A stretch of 64,000 nucleotides of DNA, taken from contig OZ241841.1 of assembly GCA_965202665.1 (NCBI GenBank), positions 2,240,001 through 2,304,000 of the forward strand. Reading direction: 5' to 3'. A program made the position numbers and the translations under genes. Origin of the DNA: Candidatus Spongiisociaceae bacterium (GTDB lineage: Bacteria; Actinomycetota; Acidimicrobiia; Spongiisociales; Spongiisociaceae). This document shows, in pieces, positions 50,228 to 60,984 of this stretch (position 1 is its first letter; each line of letters starts with the position of its first letter). Below the pieces are notes generated by a model that was not told the DNA's origin, searched no databases, and saw only the letters and a program-made list of their open reading frames with translations.

Positions 50228-50349
50228 TGGCTAGCCTCCCGGCCTCTTTCCGCCTACTCTTGACGAATGAAAGCATACCCGTCCCGCCCGCCCCCGCAGG
50301 TCCCCGGGGCCGGAGCGTTGAAACAGCGAACATTCAAGAGGCCGCGCAT

Positions 50350-51471
50350 ATGACGCAAACCCCCGTTATCATCCCCGCCGACCTGTTGCCCGCCGACGGG
50401 CGGTTCGGCTCCGGTCCCTCCCGGGTGCGGCAAAGCTCCCTGGACGGGCTGGCCGCCGCCGGGCCCAACTACATGGGTTGCTCCCACCGCCGGGAGGGGG
50501 TGCGTTCGGTGGTGGCCCGGATACGGGAGGGGATGGCGGAAATGTTCGGCCTCCCCGCCGGTTGCGAGACGGTGCTGGGCAACGGCGGGGCCACCGCCTT
50601 CTGGGACGCGGCCGCCTTCGGCCTGATCGAACGATCCAGCCAGCATCTGGCCTTCGGGGAGTTTTCCGCCAAGTTCGCCCGGGCGGTGGCCGGGGCGCCC
50701 CATCTGGAGGAGCCGACGGTCATCTCCTCCGAGTTCGGGACGCATCCGGTTCCCGAACCCGACGACCGATTCGACCTGTACGCCCTCACCCACAACGAAA
50801 CCTCCACCGGGGTGCGCATGCCGGTCCGGCGCGTCCCGGGACGGGGGCTGACCGCGGTGGACGCCACTTCCGCGGCGGGCGGCCTGCCGTTGGACCCGGA
50901 CGGTTTCGACGTCTATTACTTCTCCCCGCAAAAGGCTTTCGCCGGGGACGGCGGGCTGTACGTCGCCCTGTGCTCGCCGGCCGCCGCGGAACGGGTGGAG
51001 TCGGTGGCCGCCTCCGGCCGCTGGATACCGCCTTTCCTGTCCCTGCGCGCCGCTTTGGAGAATTCCCGCAAAAACCAGACCTACAACACCCCCGCCCTGG
51101 CCACCCTTTTCCTGTTGATGGATTCGGTGGAATGGATCAACCGCCGCGGCGGGCTGGCCTGGTCGGCGGGCCGTTGCGCCGAGAACGCCGCCGCCCTCTA
51201 CGGATGGGCGGAACGCCATCCGCTGGTTTATCCTTTCGTGTCCGACCCGGCCATGCGCTCCCCGGTCACCGCCGTCGTCGATTTCCAACCGGAGGTTTCC
51301 GCCTCCGCTTTGGCGGCCGCCTTGCGGGACAACGGGGTGGTGGATGTGGAACCCTACCGTCTGCTGGGCCGCAACCAGTTACGCATCGGATTGTGGCCCG
51401 CCGTTCCCCTCTCCGACGTCCAGGCCCTCCTGGCCTGCCTCGAATACCTGATGGAACGGCTCGCCGCCTAG
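50350..51471 (+). CDS. serC: Phosphoserine aminotransferase, actinobacterial type
   Basis: DGRFGSGPS, NETSTGV, DATS, FSPQK, NQTYNTP, LGRNQLR. Confidence 0.93.
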   Translation: MTQTPVIIPADLLPADGRFGSGPSRVRQSSLDGLAAAGPNYMGCSHRREGVRSVVARIREGMAEMFGLPAGCETVLGNGGATAFWDAAAFGLIERSSQHLAFGEFSAKFARAVAGAPHLEEPTVISSEFGTHPVPEPDDRFDLYALTHNETSTGVRMPVRRVPGRGLTAVDATSAAGGLPLDPDGFDVYYFSPQKAFAGDGGLYVALCSPAAAERVESVAASGRWIPPFLSLRAALENSRKNQTYNTPALATLFLLMDSVEWINRRGGLAWSAGRCAENAAALYGWAERHPLVYPFVSDPAMRSPVTAVVDFQPEVSASALAAALRDNGVVDVEPYRLLGRNQLRIGLWPAVPLSDVQALLACLEYLMERLAA

Positions 51472-51497
51472 CGGCCCGGCCGGTTCGCCCAACGGTT

Positions 51498-52085
51498 ATG
51501 CCCGATACGCCCCATCCGCCGGACAAGGTGGACAAGCGGGACACGCGGGATGCGCCGGGCGGCGACTCCCCCTTCCTGGTCCTGGCCTCCGACCTGCTGA
51601 ACGCGCCGGGCGCCCGCCGCCGAATAAAGATAGAGGGGGAGTTGGAGGGGATTCTGGATATAGACCTCCCGCAGGTGGAGTCGTGCGGCCCGGTGACCGC
51701 GGATTTGGAACTGGAGGCGGCCTCCGGCGGGGTGGTGGCCCGGGGGCGGGCCCGCTCTCTGGTCACGGTGCTGTGCAACCGGTGCCTGGGGGCGGTGAAC
51801 CGGCCGGTGGAAGCGGAGATTACCCAGCTGTTCGCGGTTGCCCGCGCCGAACCCGGTCAACCGGTAGGATACGATTCGGTAAAATCAGACGGCTGGATCG
51901 ACTTCGGGCCGTTGTTGCGCGACGAGATCTCCTTGTCCGTTCCGCTGGTTTCCCTCTGCCGGGAGGAATGCCGGGGAATGTGCGCAACGTGCGGAGCCGA
52001 TTTGAACGCCGGCGAATGCGGCGGGCACGACGACAAGCCCGCCTCCCCGTTCGCCGAACTGCAAAACTTGTTAGACCGGATGTAA
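51498..52085 (+). CDS. DUF177/YceD family protein
   Basis: CNRCL, LCREECRGMCATCG; upstream of rpmF. Confidence 0.9.
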   Translation: MPDTPHPPDKVDKRDTRDAPGGDSPFLVLASDLLNAPGARRRIKIEGELEGILDIDLPQVESCGPVTADLELEAASGGVVARGRARSLVTVLCNRCLGAVNRPVEAEITQLFAVARAEPGQPVGYDSVKSDGWIDFGPLLRDEISLSVPLVSLCREECRGMCATCGADLNAGECGGHDDKPASPFAELQNLLDRM

Positions 52086-52117
52086 ACCGGTGCCGGCCAC
52101 AACGGAAGGGATGCGCC

Positions 52118-52309
52118 ATGGCGGTGCCCAAAAAGAAAATGTCGCGGTCCCGCACGCGGAGCCGCAAAGCCCGCAACATGCGGGTCCCCCAGTCGTCGAC
52201 GGTGGACTGTCCCCGGTGCGGCTCCCCCAAGCTGCCCCACCGGGCATGTTCCGGTGCCGACGGTTGCGGAACTTACCGGGATAGGACGGTCGTCCCGGAC
52301 GCCGGGTAA
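52118..52309 (+). CDS. rpmF: 50S ribosomal protein L32
   Basis: MAVPKKKMSRSRTRSR, CPRC...PHRAC. Confidence 0.97.
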   Translation: MAVPKKKMSRSRTRSRKARNMRVPQSSTVDCPRCGSPKLPHRACSGADGCGTYRDRTVVPDAG

Positions 52310-52327
52310 CCGCGCCGGGCGGGTTCA

Positions 52328-53302
52328 GTGGCGCGGGTTGCGCTCGATGTGATGGGCACCGACCGGGGCCCGGCCGAAATGGTGGCCGGGGCCCGGTTGG
52401 CCGCCGAGGCGGGCCGGGAAGTGGCCCTGGTGGGGGACCGGGAAGTGGTCGCCCCCCTGTTGAAGGACGGCGGGGCCGGCCTGGAGCTGGTGCACGCCGG
52501 CGAAGTGGTCGACATGCACGACGACCCGGCCAAAGCCCTGCGCATGAAACCCGACGCCTCGGTGATGACCGCCGCCCGCCTGGTGGCCTCCGGCCGGGCC
52601 GACGCCCTGGTCTCCGCCGGGTCCACCGGGGCCGCCCTGGCGGCCGCGGTGGTGGCCCTGGGCCGCATCGAGGGGGTGCTCCGTCCGGCGATCGCCACCG
52701 CCATCCCCGCCCCCAACCACCCGGCCCTGTTGCTGGATTCGGGGGCCAACCCGGAGGTGCGGCCCGAACATTTAGCGCAGTTCGGAGTGATGGGTTCGCT
52801 GGCTTCGGAAATAATCTACGGGGTGTCCAACCCCCGGGTGGGCCTGCTCAACATCGGCGAAGAACCGTCCAAAGGGCGGGGCTTGGAACGGACCGCCCAC
52901 GCCCTTCTGTCCAAATCCCCGGTCAACTTCGTGGGCAACGTGGAAGGGGGCGACTTGGCGGCCGACGCGGTGGACGTGATCGTCACCGACGGGTTCACCG
53001 GCAACATTTCCCTCAAGTTCATCGAAGGCACCGCCCGCTTCACCGCCGGGGTGATCTCCCGGGCCTTGACCCGGGTTCCGGAGGAGGCGGCCCCCCATCT
53101 GGAGGCGCCCCTGGCCGAGTTGCGGATGGCGGCCGAACCGGATGAGTACGGAGGGGCCCATCTGCTGGGAGTGCGGGGCGGGGTGGTGATCGGGCACGGC
53201 TCCTCCACCAGCTTGGCGATTTCCAACGCCATCCGCATGGCGGTGGAAGGCGTGAAAGGGGGGTTGGTGGAACGACTGCAACAGGGCTTGTCCGTTCTAT
53301 GA
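52328..53302 (+). CDS. plsX: Phosphate acyltransferase
   Basis: ALDVMGTD, SAGSTGA, LDSGAN, LNIGEE..KG, TDGFTGN, GHGSS. Confidence 0.95.
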   Translation: MARVALDVMGTDRGPAEMVAGARLAAEAGREVALVGDREVVAPLLKDGGAGLELVHAGEVVDMHDDPAKALRMKPDASVMTAARLVASGRADALVSAGSTGAALAAAVVALGRIEGVLRPAIATAIPAPNHPALLLDSGANPEVRPEHLAQFGVMGSLASEIIYGVSNPRVGLLNIGEEPSKGRGLERTAHALLSKSPVNFVGNVEGGDLAADAVDVIVTDGFTGNISLKFIEGTARFTAGVISRALTRVPEEAAPHLEAPLAELRMAAEPDEYGGAHLLGVRGGVVIGHGSSTSLAISNAIRMAVEGVKGGLVERLQQGLSVL

Positions 53303-54039
53303 CCGCGGCGGAGGAATACGTCCGGGACGGCCTCCGGCATGATTTCCCGAATACGGACGGCCTGGAAACGGCCCTCGGTTACCGGTTCGCCGACCGGAGG
53401 CTGTTGCGGCAGTCGCTGCAGCATCGTTCCTATGTGGGGGAAAACGACGACCGGGAGTCAAACGAGCGGATGGAGTTTCTGGGGGACGCCATTCTGCAAC
53501 TGGTGGTAACCGATTACATATACGACCGCTACCCCTATCTGTCGGAGGGGGGCATGGCCCGCATCCGGGCCCGGGCGGTCAGCGGGGCCGCCTTGTACGA
53601 GGTGGCCCGGGAAATGAGTTTGGGGAGGTACATGTTGCTGGGCCGGGGGGAGGATCTGCAGGGGGGGCGGGACAAGGTTTCCATCCTGGCCGACGCCATG
53701 GAGGCCCTGCTGGCCGCCGTTTACCTGGACGGGGGCTTGGAGAAGGCCCGCCGGGTAATCATGTCCCGATGGGTGTCCCGCATTTCCCGGCTGGCGGAAA
53801 CCCCCGAATACCGGGACCCGAAAAGCAACCTCTACGAAAAAATGGCCGTATGGGGCAACAAGCCCGAATATCATCTTTCCTCCGTCGGGCCCGACCATGA
53901 GAAAGTGTTCCGGGCGGCGGTGACGGTGGAAGGCGAGATCATGGGCCGGGGGGAGGGCGGCACCAAAAAAGAGGCCCAGCAACGGGCCGCCCGCCAGGCC
54001 CTGCTGGCGATGGAAGCCTGGGCGGACGCACCGGACTGA
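53299..54039 (+). CDS. rnc: Ribonuclease III
   Basis: NERMEFLGDA, ADAMEALLAAVYLD, dsRBD KKEAQQRAA. Confidence 0.97.
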   Translation: MTAAEEYVRDGLRHDFPNTDGLETALGYRFADRRLLRQSLQHRSYVGENDDRESNERMEFLGDAILQLVVTDYIYDRYPYLSEGGMARIRARAVSGAALYEVAREMSLGRYMLLGRGEDLQGGRDKVSILADAMEALLAAVYLDGGLEKARRVIMSRWVSRISRLAETPEYRDPKSNLYEKMAVWGNKPEYHLSSVGPDHEKVFRAAVTVEGEIMGRGEGGTKKEAQQRAARQALLAMEAWADAPD

Positions 54040-54045
54040 ACCCGG

Positions 54046-54876
54046 GTGCCGGAACTACCCGAGGTTGAAACCACCCGCCGCGGACTGGAGCCGGCCCTGC
54101 TCGGCCGGCGCCTGGCGGAAATCCGGACGGGCCATCCCCGGTTGCTCCGCCGCCAGCCCCACCCGCCCGACTTCGCGGCCCGGCTGCGAAACCGGAAGGT
54201 GCTCCGGCTGGGCCGGAAGGGCAAATTCCTGATGTTCGAAACGGACCTCGGCCTGACGTGGGTCATCCACCTGGGAATGTCGGGCCGCATGTCGGTGCGC
54301 CCGGCCGGAGCACCGGAGGAGAAGCACACCCGCCTGGCGGTGCGCACCGACCGGGGGGAGGAGATACGAATGGTGGATCCCCGCACCTTCGGATGGAGCG
54401 CCGCTTACGCCCCCGAAGAGTTGGCCGCCTCCAGCCTGGCCCGGCTGGGACCCGACGCCTTGGACGAGTTGCCCCCGGCCCGTTCCCTGGCGGAGACCGC
54501 CGCCTCCCGCAGCATCGCCGTCAAAACTTTGCTGATGGATCAGCGCTTTTTGGCCGGGCTGGGCAACATCTACGCCGACGAGTCGCTGCACCGGGCCCGC
54601 ATCGCCCCGGCCCGCCCCGCCCGCCGGGTTTCCCCCGCCGAATGGGGCGCCCTGCGCCGGGGGGTGGGGGCCGCCTTGCGGGACGGCCTGAAATACGGGG
54701 GAACTTCCCTGTCCGACCTGGCCTACCTGCTGCCCGACGGCCGGGCCGGGGAAAACCTGAAACGCCTCCGGGCCTACGGCCGGACCGGCCTGCCCTGCCC
54801 CCGGTGCGGGGAACCGATAACCCGCCTGCGGTTGGCGGCCCGCTCCGCCCATTACTGCCGGGCCTGCCAGAAGTGA
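54046..54876 (+). CDS. mutM: Formamidopyrimidine-DNA glycosylase
   Basis: PELPEVET, HLGMSG, GLGNIYADE, CPRC...CRACQ. Confidence 0.97.
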   Translation: MPELPEVETTRRGLEPALLGRRLAEIRTGHPRLLRRQPHPPDFAARLRNRKVLRLGRKGKFLMFETDLGLTWVIHLGMSGRMSVRPAGAPEEKHTRLAVRTDRGEEIRMVDPRTFGWSAAYAPEELAASSLARLGPDALDELPPARSLAETAASRSIAVKTLLMDQRFLAGLGNIYADESLHRARIAPARPARRVSPAEWGALRRGVGAALRDGLKYGGTSLSDLAYLLPDGRAGENLKRLRAYGRTGLPCPRCGEPITRLRLAARSAHYCRACQK

Positions 54877-54979
54877 CCGGCCCGCCGCCGGAGCCGGGTT
54901 GTCGCGTCGAGGCCGGGGAGCGCGCTAACCTGGAAACCTAATCACATAGGTGTAAGAACCCCGAGCGCAGGCGGTCAAG

Positions 54980-57900
54980 TTGCATCTCAAATCTTTAAGC
55001 ATGGCGGGCTTCAAGTCCTTCGCCGACCGCACCCGGCTGGAGTTCGAGCCGGGGGTGTCGGTGGTGGTCGGACCCAACGGCTCCGGCAAGTCCAACATCG
55101 TGGACGCGGTGGCCTGGGCGCTGGGCGCGCAGACCACCCGCGGGTTGCGTACCGACAAGATGGAGGAGGTCATCTTCGCGGGCGCCGCCGCCCGCCGCCC
55201 GCTGGGACGGGCCGAGGCGACGGTCTTGCTGGACAACGCCGACCGGGCCCTGCCCCTGGATTTGGAGGAGGTGTCCATCACCCGCCGCCTCTACCGGGAC
55301 GGGGAGGCCGAATACGAGATAAACGGGGTGGGTTGCCGGTTGCTGGACGTCCAGGAACTGCTGTCCGATGGGGGGATTGGCCGTCAGCAGCATCTGATCG
55401 TCGGCCAGGGCCGCCTGGATTTGATTTTGGAGGGACGGGGGGAGCAGCGCCGTCAGATAATCGAGGAGGCGGCCGGCATCCGCAAACACCGGATGCGCAA
55501 AGCCAAAGCCGAACGCCGCCTGGAACGCACCGGCGCCGACATCCTCCGTTTGCACGACCTTCTGACGGAAATGAAACGCCGCCGCCGGCCTTTGCGCCGC
55601 CAGGCGGAGGCCGCCCGCCGTTACGACGAAGTACGCGACCGCCTCCGGGCCGTCCGAATGTGGGAGGGCGGCCGGGAACTGCGCCGGCTGCGGGAGCGGG
55701 CCGGGCAGCTGGCCGAGGAGCGGGAAACCCTGCAGGAGCAAACCGCCGAGGGGACGGACCGCTTGGCCGCCTTGGAGTCCGAAGCGGAAGAGCGGGCCGC
55801 GGAACGGGAGGAGCTGTCCGGGCGGCTGGAGCGGGCCGGGGGAGCGGCCGCCCGGCTGGAGGCGGCGACCGGGCGGTTGCAAACCGTCGCCTCGGTGGCC
55901 CGCGAACGGTCGGGGGCGATCGCGGCCCGCATCGCCGGAGAGGGGGAGCGGCGCACCATGTTGGAGGAGGAAAAGTCCCGTCTGCGGGAAGATTTGGAAC
56001 GGGCCGCCGCTGAGGAAACCGAGGCCCGCAAGCAGGCGGAAATCAGCGAAACCGTCTTGCGGTCCTTGGAGGGGGAACTCAGCTCCCTGGCCGAGCAGGA
56101 GGCGATGCCGGCCGCGGGGGCGATGGCCATGGCCTACGGCGACCTCCGTTCCTTGGAAGGGGAGGAAGCCCGCGACTTGCGGGAGTTCGAAGACGTGCGC
56201 CGCCGCGTGGAAATGCTGGAAGCCGGACGGGAAAGGGAAACCGAAGAACGGGAAAGGGTGTCCGGCCAGATACGTTCCACGGACGAGCTGGCCACCGCCG
56301 CCGGCCGGGTGTATCGGGAGAAGGCCGCCGCCCGCGCCGCGGTGCAGGCCGACTGGGAGGGGGCGGAGGGGCGCCTGCGCGCCGCGGAGGCGGCCTACGC
56401 CGGGGCGGAGGCGAAAGCGGAGGCCCTGCGGGCCGGCGCGGTGGGTTTGGCCAACCCGCAGGCGGCGGAAGCGGCCGCCGCCTCCGCACAGGTGATGGGA
56501 AACCTCCTCGACCGGCTGGACATCCCCCAAGAAATGTCCGCCGCCTGCGCCGCCGCCTTGGGCGGATGGGCGGAGGCCCGGCTGGTTTCCGACCGGGCGG
56601 CCCTCGGCCAAGTGGCGGCCTCCCTGAAATCCTCCGCCCTGGGGGGGCTGGCCTTGCTGGTCGCCTCCCGCCCCGGGGCGAAGCCTTCTTTTCCGGCCCG
56701 GGAGGCGGCCCAACGATGGGGGGCGGAGCCGCTGGCGGACCGGCTCGGCCCCAACGCCGACCCCGTTTTGGCGGCCGCCCTGCTCGGGGATGTGGCGTTG
56801 GTGGAAGGATGGGCGGGGGGCTGGGATCTGGTGGGACGCGAGCCGGGGGTGCGGGCGGTCACCCCGGAGGGCGATTTGATCACCCCCTTCGGAATTCACT
56901 TGGCCGACCCGCAGGGCGACGCCCCGGCCGCCCTGCGCGCCGCCCGCCGGGAGCGGGAAGCGGCCGAAGCGGATCGGGACCGGGCCCGCGCCGCCGAAGC
57001 CGACGCCCGGGAGAAGTTCGAAGAAGCCCGCCGCCGGGAACGGGCCGCTTTGGAGGACCTGGAGGCCTTGGAAGCCGCCTTGGCCGGGGCCGCCGATTCC
57101 CTGGATCGGATCACCCGCGCCGGGGAGGCCTCCGCCCGCGAACTGGAGCGCCTGCAGGGGCGAATGCAGGTGCTGACGCAAGCCTCGGAGGGCCGCCGCG
57201 AACGGCTGGGGAACCTGCGGGGCCGCATCGCCGGCTGGGAGAAGCCGGAAGGCGGCGAAACAGACGACGGCCAAACCGACCCGGCCGTCCGCCGCCGGGA
57301 GGTGGCCGAACGTTGCGAAGAAGCCCGCCGTCTGCGCGACCGGTCGCTGGCGGGGGAGGCGGCCGCCGCGGAACGGAGGCGCATGCTGGAATCCCGGCTG
57401 GGGGAGGCCCGCCGGGCCCCGGAGGGAGAACCGGCCGCGGAGGGGTCCCGGGAGCGGATGCGGGTTCTGCTGGACATCGAAAATCTGGCCCGCCGCGCCC
57501 TGGAGACGGTGGGCGGGCATGTGCGGTCGTTGCGGACCGGCCAAATTCAGGCCCGGGCCGGGCTGGAGGAGGCCGACGCCCGTCTGGAGGAGGCCCGCCG
57601 GGAGATTTCCCGGTTGCGGGAGGAGACCGGGCAAGCCAAGGAGCGCCTGGCGGAGACGGCGGTGGAAGCCGCCGAAATCCGGCTGCGGATGGAAACCGCG
57701 GCCGAAAACCTCAGGCGGGACGCCGACGCCTCCGAGGAGGAGGCCCTGGCCGCCCCCCGCCCCCGGCTGTCCGCCGGAGACGAGGCCCCCGGGGAGGAGC
57801 CGTCGGATGAGGAGCTGGCCGAAGAAGCCCGCTCGCTGGCCGCCCAGCTGGCCCGCATGGGCCCCGTCAACCCGCTGGCGGAACAGGAGTTCCAAGAACT

Positions 57901-58468
57901 GGAGGAACGTTACCGGTTGATAACCGGGCAACTGTCCGACCTGGAGACTTCCAAAGCGGACTTGCGCAAAGTGGTCAAAGCCCTGGACCAAGAAATGGAA
58001 TCCCTGTTCCTTCAAGCTTTCGAAGACGCCGCCCGCTTCTACCAGCGCTTTTTCACGACGCTGTTTCCGGGCGGCGCGGGGCGCCTGTCCCTCACCGACC
58101 CTTCCCAGCCGCTGGAGGGGGGAGTGGAGGTGCGGGCCCAGCCGCTGGGCAAAAAGGTAGGCAAGTTGTCGCTTTTGTCGGGAGGCGAACGCTCCCTGGC
58201 CGCGCTGGCTTTCCTGTTCGCGGTGTTCGCCGCCCGCCCCGCCCCCTTCCACATTCTGGACGAGGTGGACGCCGCCTTGGACGACGCCAACCTGCGCCGC
58301 TTCCTGCGCCTGCTCGACGAGTTCCGGGGCAACGCCCAGCTGGTGGTGGTCACCCATCAGCAACCGACCGTGCAAGCGGCCGATGTCCTGTACGGGGTGA
58401 CGATGGAACCGGGCGGCTCCTCCCAGGCGGTGGTCAAACGGATGAGCGACATGGCCCTGAAAGTTTGA
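54980..58468 (+). CDS. smc: Chromosome segregation protein SMC
   Basis: GFKSFA, GPNGSGKSN, coiled coils with hinge, LSGGE, LDEVDAALD. Confidence 0.96.
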   Translation: MHLKSLSMAGFKSFADRTRLEFEPGVSVVVGPNGSGKSNIVDAVAWALGAQTTRGLRTDKMEEVIFAGAAARRPLGRAEATVLLDNADRALPLDLEEVSITRRLYRDGEAEYEINGVGCRLLDVQELLSDGGIGRQQHLIVGQGRLDLILEGRGEQRRQIIEEAAGIRKHRMRKAKAERRLERTGADILRLHDLLTEMKRRRRPLRRQAEAARRYDEVRDRLRAVRMWEGGRELRRLRERAGQLAEERETLQEQTAEGTDRLAALESEAEERAAEREELSGRLERAGGAAARLEAATGRLQTVASVARERSGAIAARIAGEGERRTMLEEEKSRLREDLERAAAEETEARKQAEISETVLRSLEGELSSLAEQEAMPAAGAMAMAYGDLRSLEGEEARDLREFEDVRRRVEMLEAGRERETEERERVSGQIRSTDELATAAGRVYREKAAARAAVQADWEGAEGRLRAAEAAYAGAEAKAEALRAGAVGLANPQAAEAAAASAQVMGNLLDRLDIPQEMSAACAAALGGWAEARLVSDRAALGQVAASLKSSALGGLALLVASRPGAKPSFPAREAAQRWGAEPLADRLGPNADPVLAAALLGDVALVEGWAGGWDLVGREPGVRAVTPEGDLITPFGIHLADPQGDAPAALRAARREREAAEADRDRARAAEADAREKFEEARRRERAALEDLEALEAALAGAADSLDRITRAGEASARELERLQGRMQVLTQASEGRRERLGNLRGRIAGWEKPEGGETDDGQTDPAVRRREVAERCEEARRLRDRSLAGEAAAAERRRMLESRLGEARRAPEGEPAAEGSRERMRVLLDIENLARRALETVGGHVRSLRTGQIQARAGLEEADARLEEARREISRLREETGQAKERLAETAVEAAEIRLRMETAAENLRRDADASEEEALAAPRPRLSAGDEAPGEEPSDEELAEEARSLAAQLARMGPVNPLAEQEFQELEERYRLITGQLSDLETSKADLRKVVKALDQEMESLFLQAFEDAARFYQRFFTTLFPGGAGRLSLTDPSQPLEGGVEVRAQPLGKKVGKLSLLSGGERSLAALAFLFAVFAARPAPFHILDEVDAALDDANLRRFLRLLDEFRGNAQLVVVTHQQPTVQAADVLYGVTMEPGGSSQAVVKRMSDMALKV

Positions 58469-58495
58469 CGGGAAAGTTCGGCTCAAGGAGAGAAG

Positions 58496-59473
58496 TTGGA
58501 ATTCTGGATTTGGGCGACGGCGATCGTAGCGGCGCTGGCGGCGGCGGCCGCCGTCTGGCGGTGGGCCGCCCGCCGTTCCCGGCGCGGCCCCGGTAAGAAC
58601 CCCCGGGGGGCCGCCGAACGCCGCCCGGGATGGAGCCTCGGACTGGGGAGGTTGCTGTCCCGCTTCCGCGGCGTCGACGAAGAATATATGCGGGAGATGG
58701 AACGAACGTTGCTGGGGGCCGACCTGGGCCCGGCGATGACCTCCCGCATCCTGGACCGGGTGCGGGAAGCCGCTCCCCGCGGCCCCGACGAGTTGCGCAA
58801 CCTGGTGGGACGGGAGTTGGTCGGGGCCCTGTCGGAACGGGAGAGGGGGCTGCGTCTTTCGGGATCGCCTGCGACGGTGGTGCTGGTGGGGGTGAACGGG
58901 TCGGGCAAAACCACCACCGCCGCCAAACTGGCCGCCCGATTGACCGGGGAGGGATGGAGCTGCCTGCTGGCGGCCGCCGACACCTTCCGGGCGGCGGCGG
59001 GCGACCAGCTGCGAACCTGGGGCGGGCGGCTGGGAGTGGAAGTGGTAACCGGCGCGGCGGGGGGCGATCCGGCGGCGGTGGCCTACGACGCCTTGGCGGC
59101 CGGGAGGGCCCGGGGCGCGGAGGCGGTGCTGGTGGACACCGCCGGACGGCTCCACGAAAGCCGCAATTTGATGCAGGAGCTGGCCAAGATCGTACGGGTG
59201 CTGGAGCGGGACGGGCAACCGGTGTCGGAGGTGCTGTTGGTCATCGACGCCTCCACCGGCCGTAACGGCCTGGCCCAAGCCCGGGTTTTCACCGAACAGG
59301 CGGGGGTGACCGGTATCGTTCTAACCAAAATGGACGGAACGGCCAAAGGAGGGACGGTAGTGGCGGTGGAACACGATCTGGGAATCCCCGTGAAGTTCAT
59401 AGGAGTGGGGGAGGGCCCCGAAGACCTGCTCCCCTTCCAAGCCGACTTCTTCGCCGAGGGACTGCTGGAATGA
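58496..59473 (+). CDS. ftsY: SRP receptor
   Basis: GVNGSGKTTT, DTFRAAA, DTAGR, TKMDGTAKGG. Confidence 0.96.
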   Translation: MEFWIWATAIVAALAAAAAVWRWAARRSRRGPGKNPRGAAERRPGWSLGLGRLLSRFRGVDEEYMREMERTLLGADLGPAMTSRILDRVREAAPRGPDELRNLVGRELVGALSERERGLRLSGSPATVVLVGVNGSGKTTTAAKLAARLTGEGWSCLLAAADTFRAAAGDQLRTWGGRLGVEVVTGAAGGDPAAVAYDALAAGRARGAEAVLVDTAGRLHESRNLMQELAKIVRVLERDGQPVSEVLLVIDASTGRNGLAQARVFTEQAGVTGIVLTKMDGTAKGGTVVAVEHDLGIPVKFIGVGEGPEDLLPFQADFFAEGLLE

Positions 59474-59886
59474 CCGACAGATGGGACGGCGCCTCCCGAA
59501 CCGCGGAGGAGCTGGCGGCCGAGGCCCGCCGGGCCGCCCAAGACGCCTACGCCCCCTATTCCAACTTTCGCGTGGGGGCGGTCCTGGTGGACGAAGACGG
59601 CGGAATCCACTCCGGTGCCAACGTGGAAAACGCCGCCTACGGCTCCTGCATCTGCGCCGAAGCCACCGCCATTTCCGGGGCGGTCGCCCGGGGGGTGCGC
59701 CGGATAGAAAGAGTGGCGGTGGCCTGCATCGACGCCGCCGATGCGGATGGGGCCTATCCGTGCGGCAACTGCCGGCAGATAATGAACGAGTTCGGGGTGA
59801 AACGGGTAATCGTGACCGCCGGCGAAGGCGCGGAGGTCCGCTCCCACCTCTTCGGCGAGTTGCACCCGCACGGGTTTTTCCTGTAG
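59470..59886 (+). CDS. cdd: Cytidine deaminase
   Basis: AYAPYSNFRVGA, NVENAAY, CAE, PCGNCRQ. Confidence 0.96.
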   Translation: MTDRWDGASRTAEELAAEARRAAQDAYAPYSNFRVGAVLVDEDGGIHSGANVENAAYGSCICAEATAISGAVARGVRRIERVAVACIDAADADGAYPCGNCRQIMNEFGVKRVIVTAGEGAEVRSHLFGELHPHGFFL

Positions 59887-59898
59887 GGGGGCGGTTTT

Positions 59899-60984
59899 TT
59901 GCATCAGCCTTTCGAACTGCCCTTAAGTCCCATGAAAGCCCGGGCGCGGGAGACCCCGCCCGCCGGGGAAGGATGGGCCTATGAGCCGAAATGGGACGGG
60001 TTCCGGGTGATAGCCGCCGGGGCTGGGGATGGGGAAGAGGCGCGGATGTTTTCCCGCAACGGCCGCGACCTGTTGCGCTATTTCCCGGAACTGCGCCCCG
60101 CTTTGGCCGGTTTGCCGCCGGGGACGGTGGTGGACGGCGAAGCCCTGGCGGTGGTGGAGGACGCCACCAGCTTCGATTCCCTGCAACTGCGCATCCACCC
60201 CGCCCGTTCCCGGATAGACCGGCTGGCCTCCGAGATTCCGGCTTCGCTGGTCGTCTTCGACCTGCTGGCCCGCAACGGGGAGGACATCACCGGGGCCCCC
60301 TACCGGGAACGCCGGGCCCGGCTGGAGGAACTGTTCCCTTCCCTGGAAAGCCCCCCCTGGCATCTCACCCCGGTCACCTACGACCTGGAAGAAGCCACCC
60401 GGTGGTTTAGCGACTTCGAAGCGGCGGGATGCGATGGAATCATCGCCAAACGCGCCGACGGGCCCTACCGGCGGGACAAGCGGGAATGGATCAAATGGAA
60501 GCACCGCCGGGACGCCGACTGCGTAGTGGGCGGCTACCGGGTGCACAAAGACGGCGACAAACTGGGTTCCATCCTGCTCGGCTTGTACGACGACTCCGGC
60601 GACCTGCATTTCGTCGGCCATTGTTCGGGCTTCCCCGACTCCGACCGGACGGAGCTGCTGCGCCAGTTCGAAAAAATACGCTCCGGGCAAAGCTTCGGCG
60701 GGGAGGAGGGCGTCCGCCGCCCGGGTGCGCCAAGCCGCTGGGCGACGGAACGCGCCGCGCAGTGGACGCCGGTGGAACCGGAGGTGGTGGCGGCGGTCAG
60801 CTACGACCAGCTGGAGGGAAACCGCTTCCGGCACGCCACCCGCTTCCAACGTTGGCGCCCCGACAAACCGGCCGCCGAATGCACCTTGGATCAGTTGATC
60901 CGCCCCGCGGGCATCGGCTTCTCCCAGGTGACGGGCGGGGCCGCCCCGTCAGGCCCGGCCGTAGACGGGGATGGCGGCCCCTGA
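59899..60984 (+). CDS. ligC: ATP-dependent DNA ligase (LigC-like)
   Basis: YEPKWDGFR, VVDGE, FDLL, DGIIAK, RFRHATRF.RWRPDK. Confidence 0.9.
   Translation: MHQPFELPLSPMKARARETPPAGEGWAYEPKWDGFRVIAAGAGDGEEARMFSRNGRDLLRYFPELRPALAGLPPGTVVDGEALAVVEDATSFDSLQLRIHPARSRIDRLASEIPASLVVFDLLARNGEDITGAPYRERRARLEELFPSLESPPWHLTPVTYDLEEATRWFSDFEAAGCDGIIAKRADGPYRRDKREWIKWKHRRDADCVVGGYRVHKDGDKLGSILLGLYDDSGDLHFVGHCSGFPDSDRTELLRQFEKIRSGQSFGGEEGVRRPGAPSRWATERAAQWTPVEPEVVAAVSYDQLEGNRFRHATRFQRWRPDKPAAECTLDQLIRPAGIGFSQVTGGAAPSGPAVDGDGGP

Noticed and set aside
54995-59278. 1427-aa minus-strand ORF and many other long overlapping ORFs
   Set aside because: Antisense shadow frames of real high-GC genes (smc, ftsY etc.) with no motifs.
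60949-60984. 36-bp convergent overlap of ligC and the SDR gene
   Set aside because: A common 3' extension in compact high-GC genomes; no further signal.
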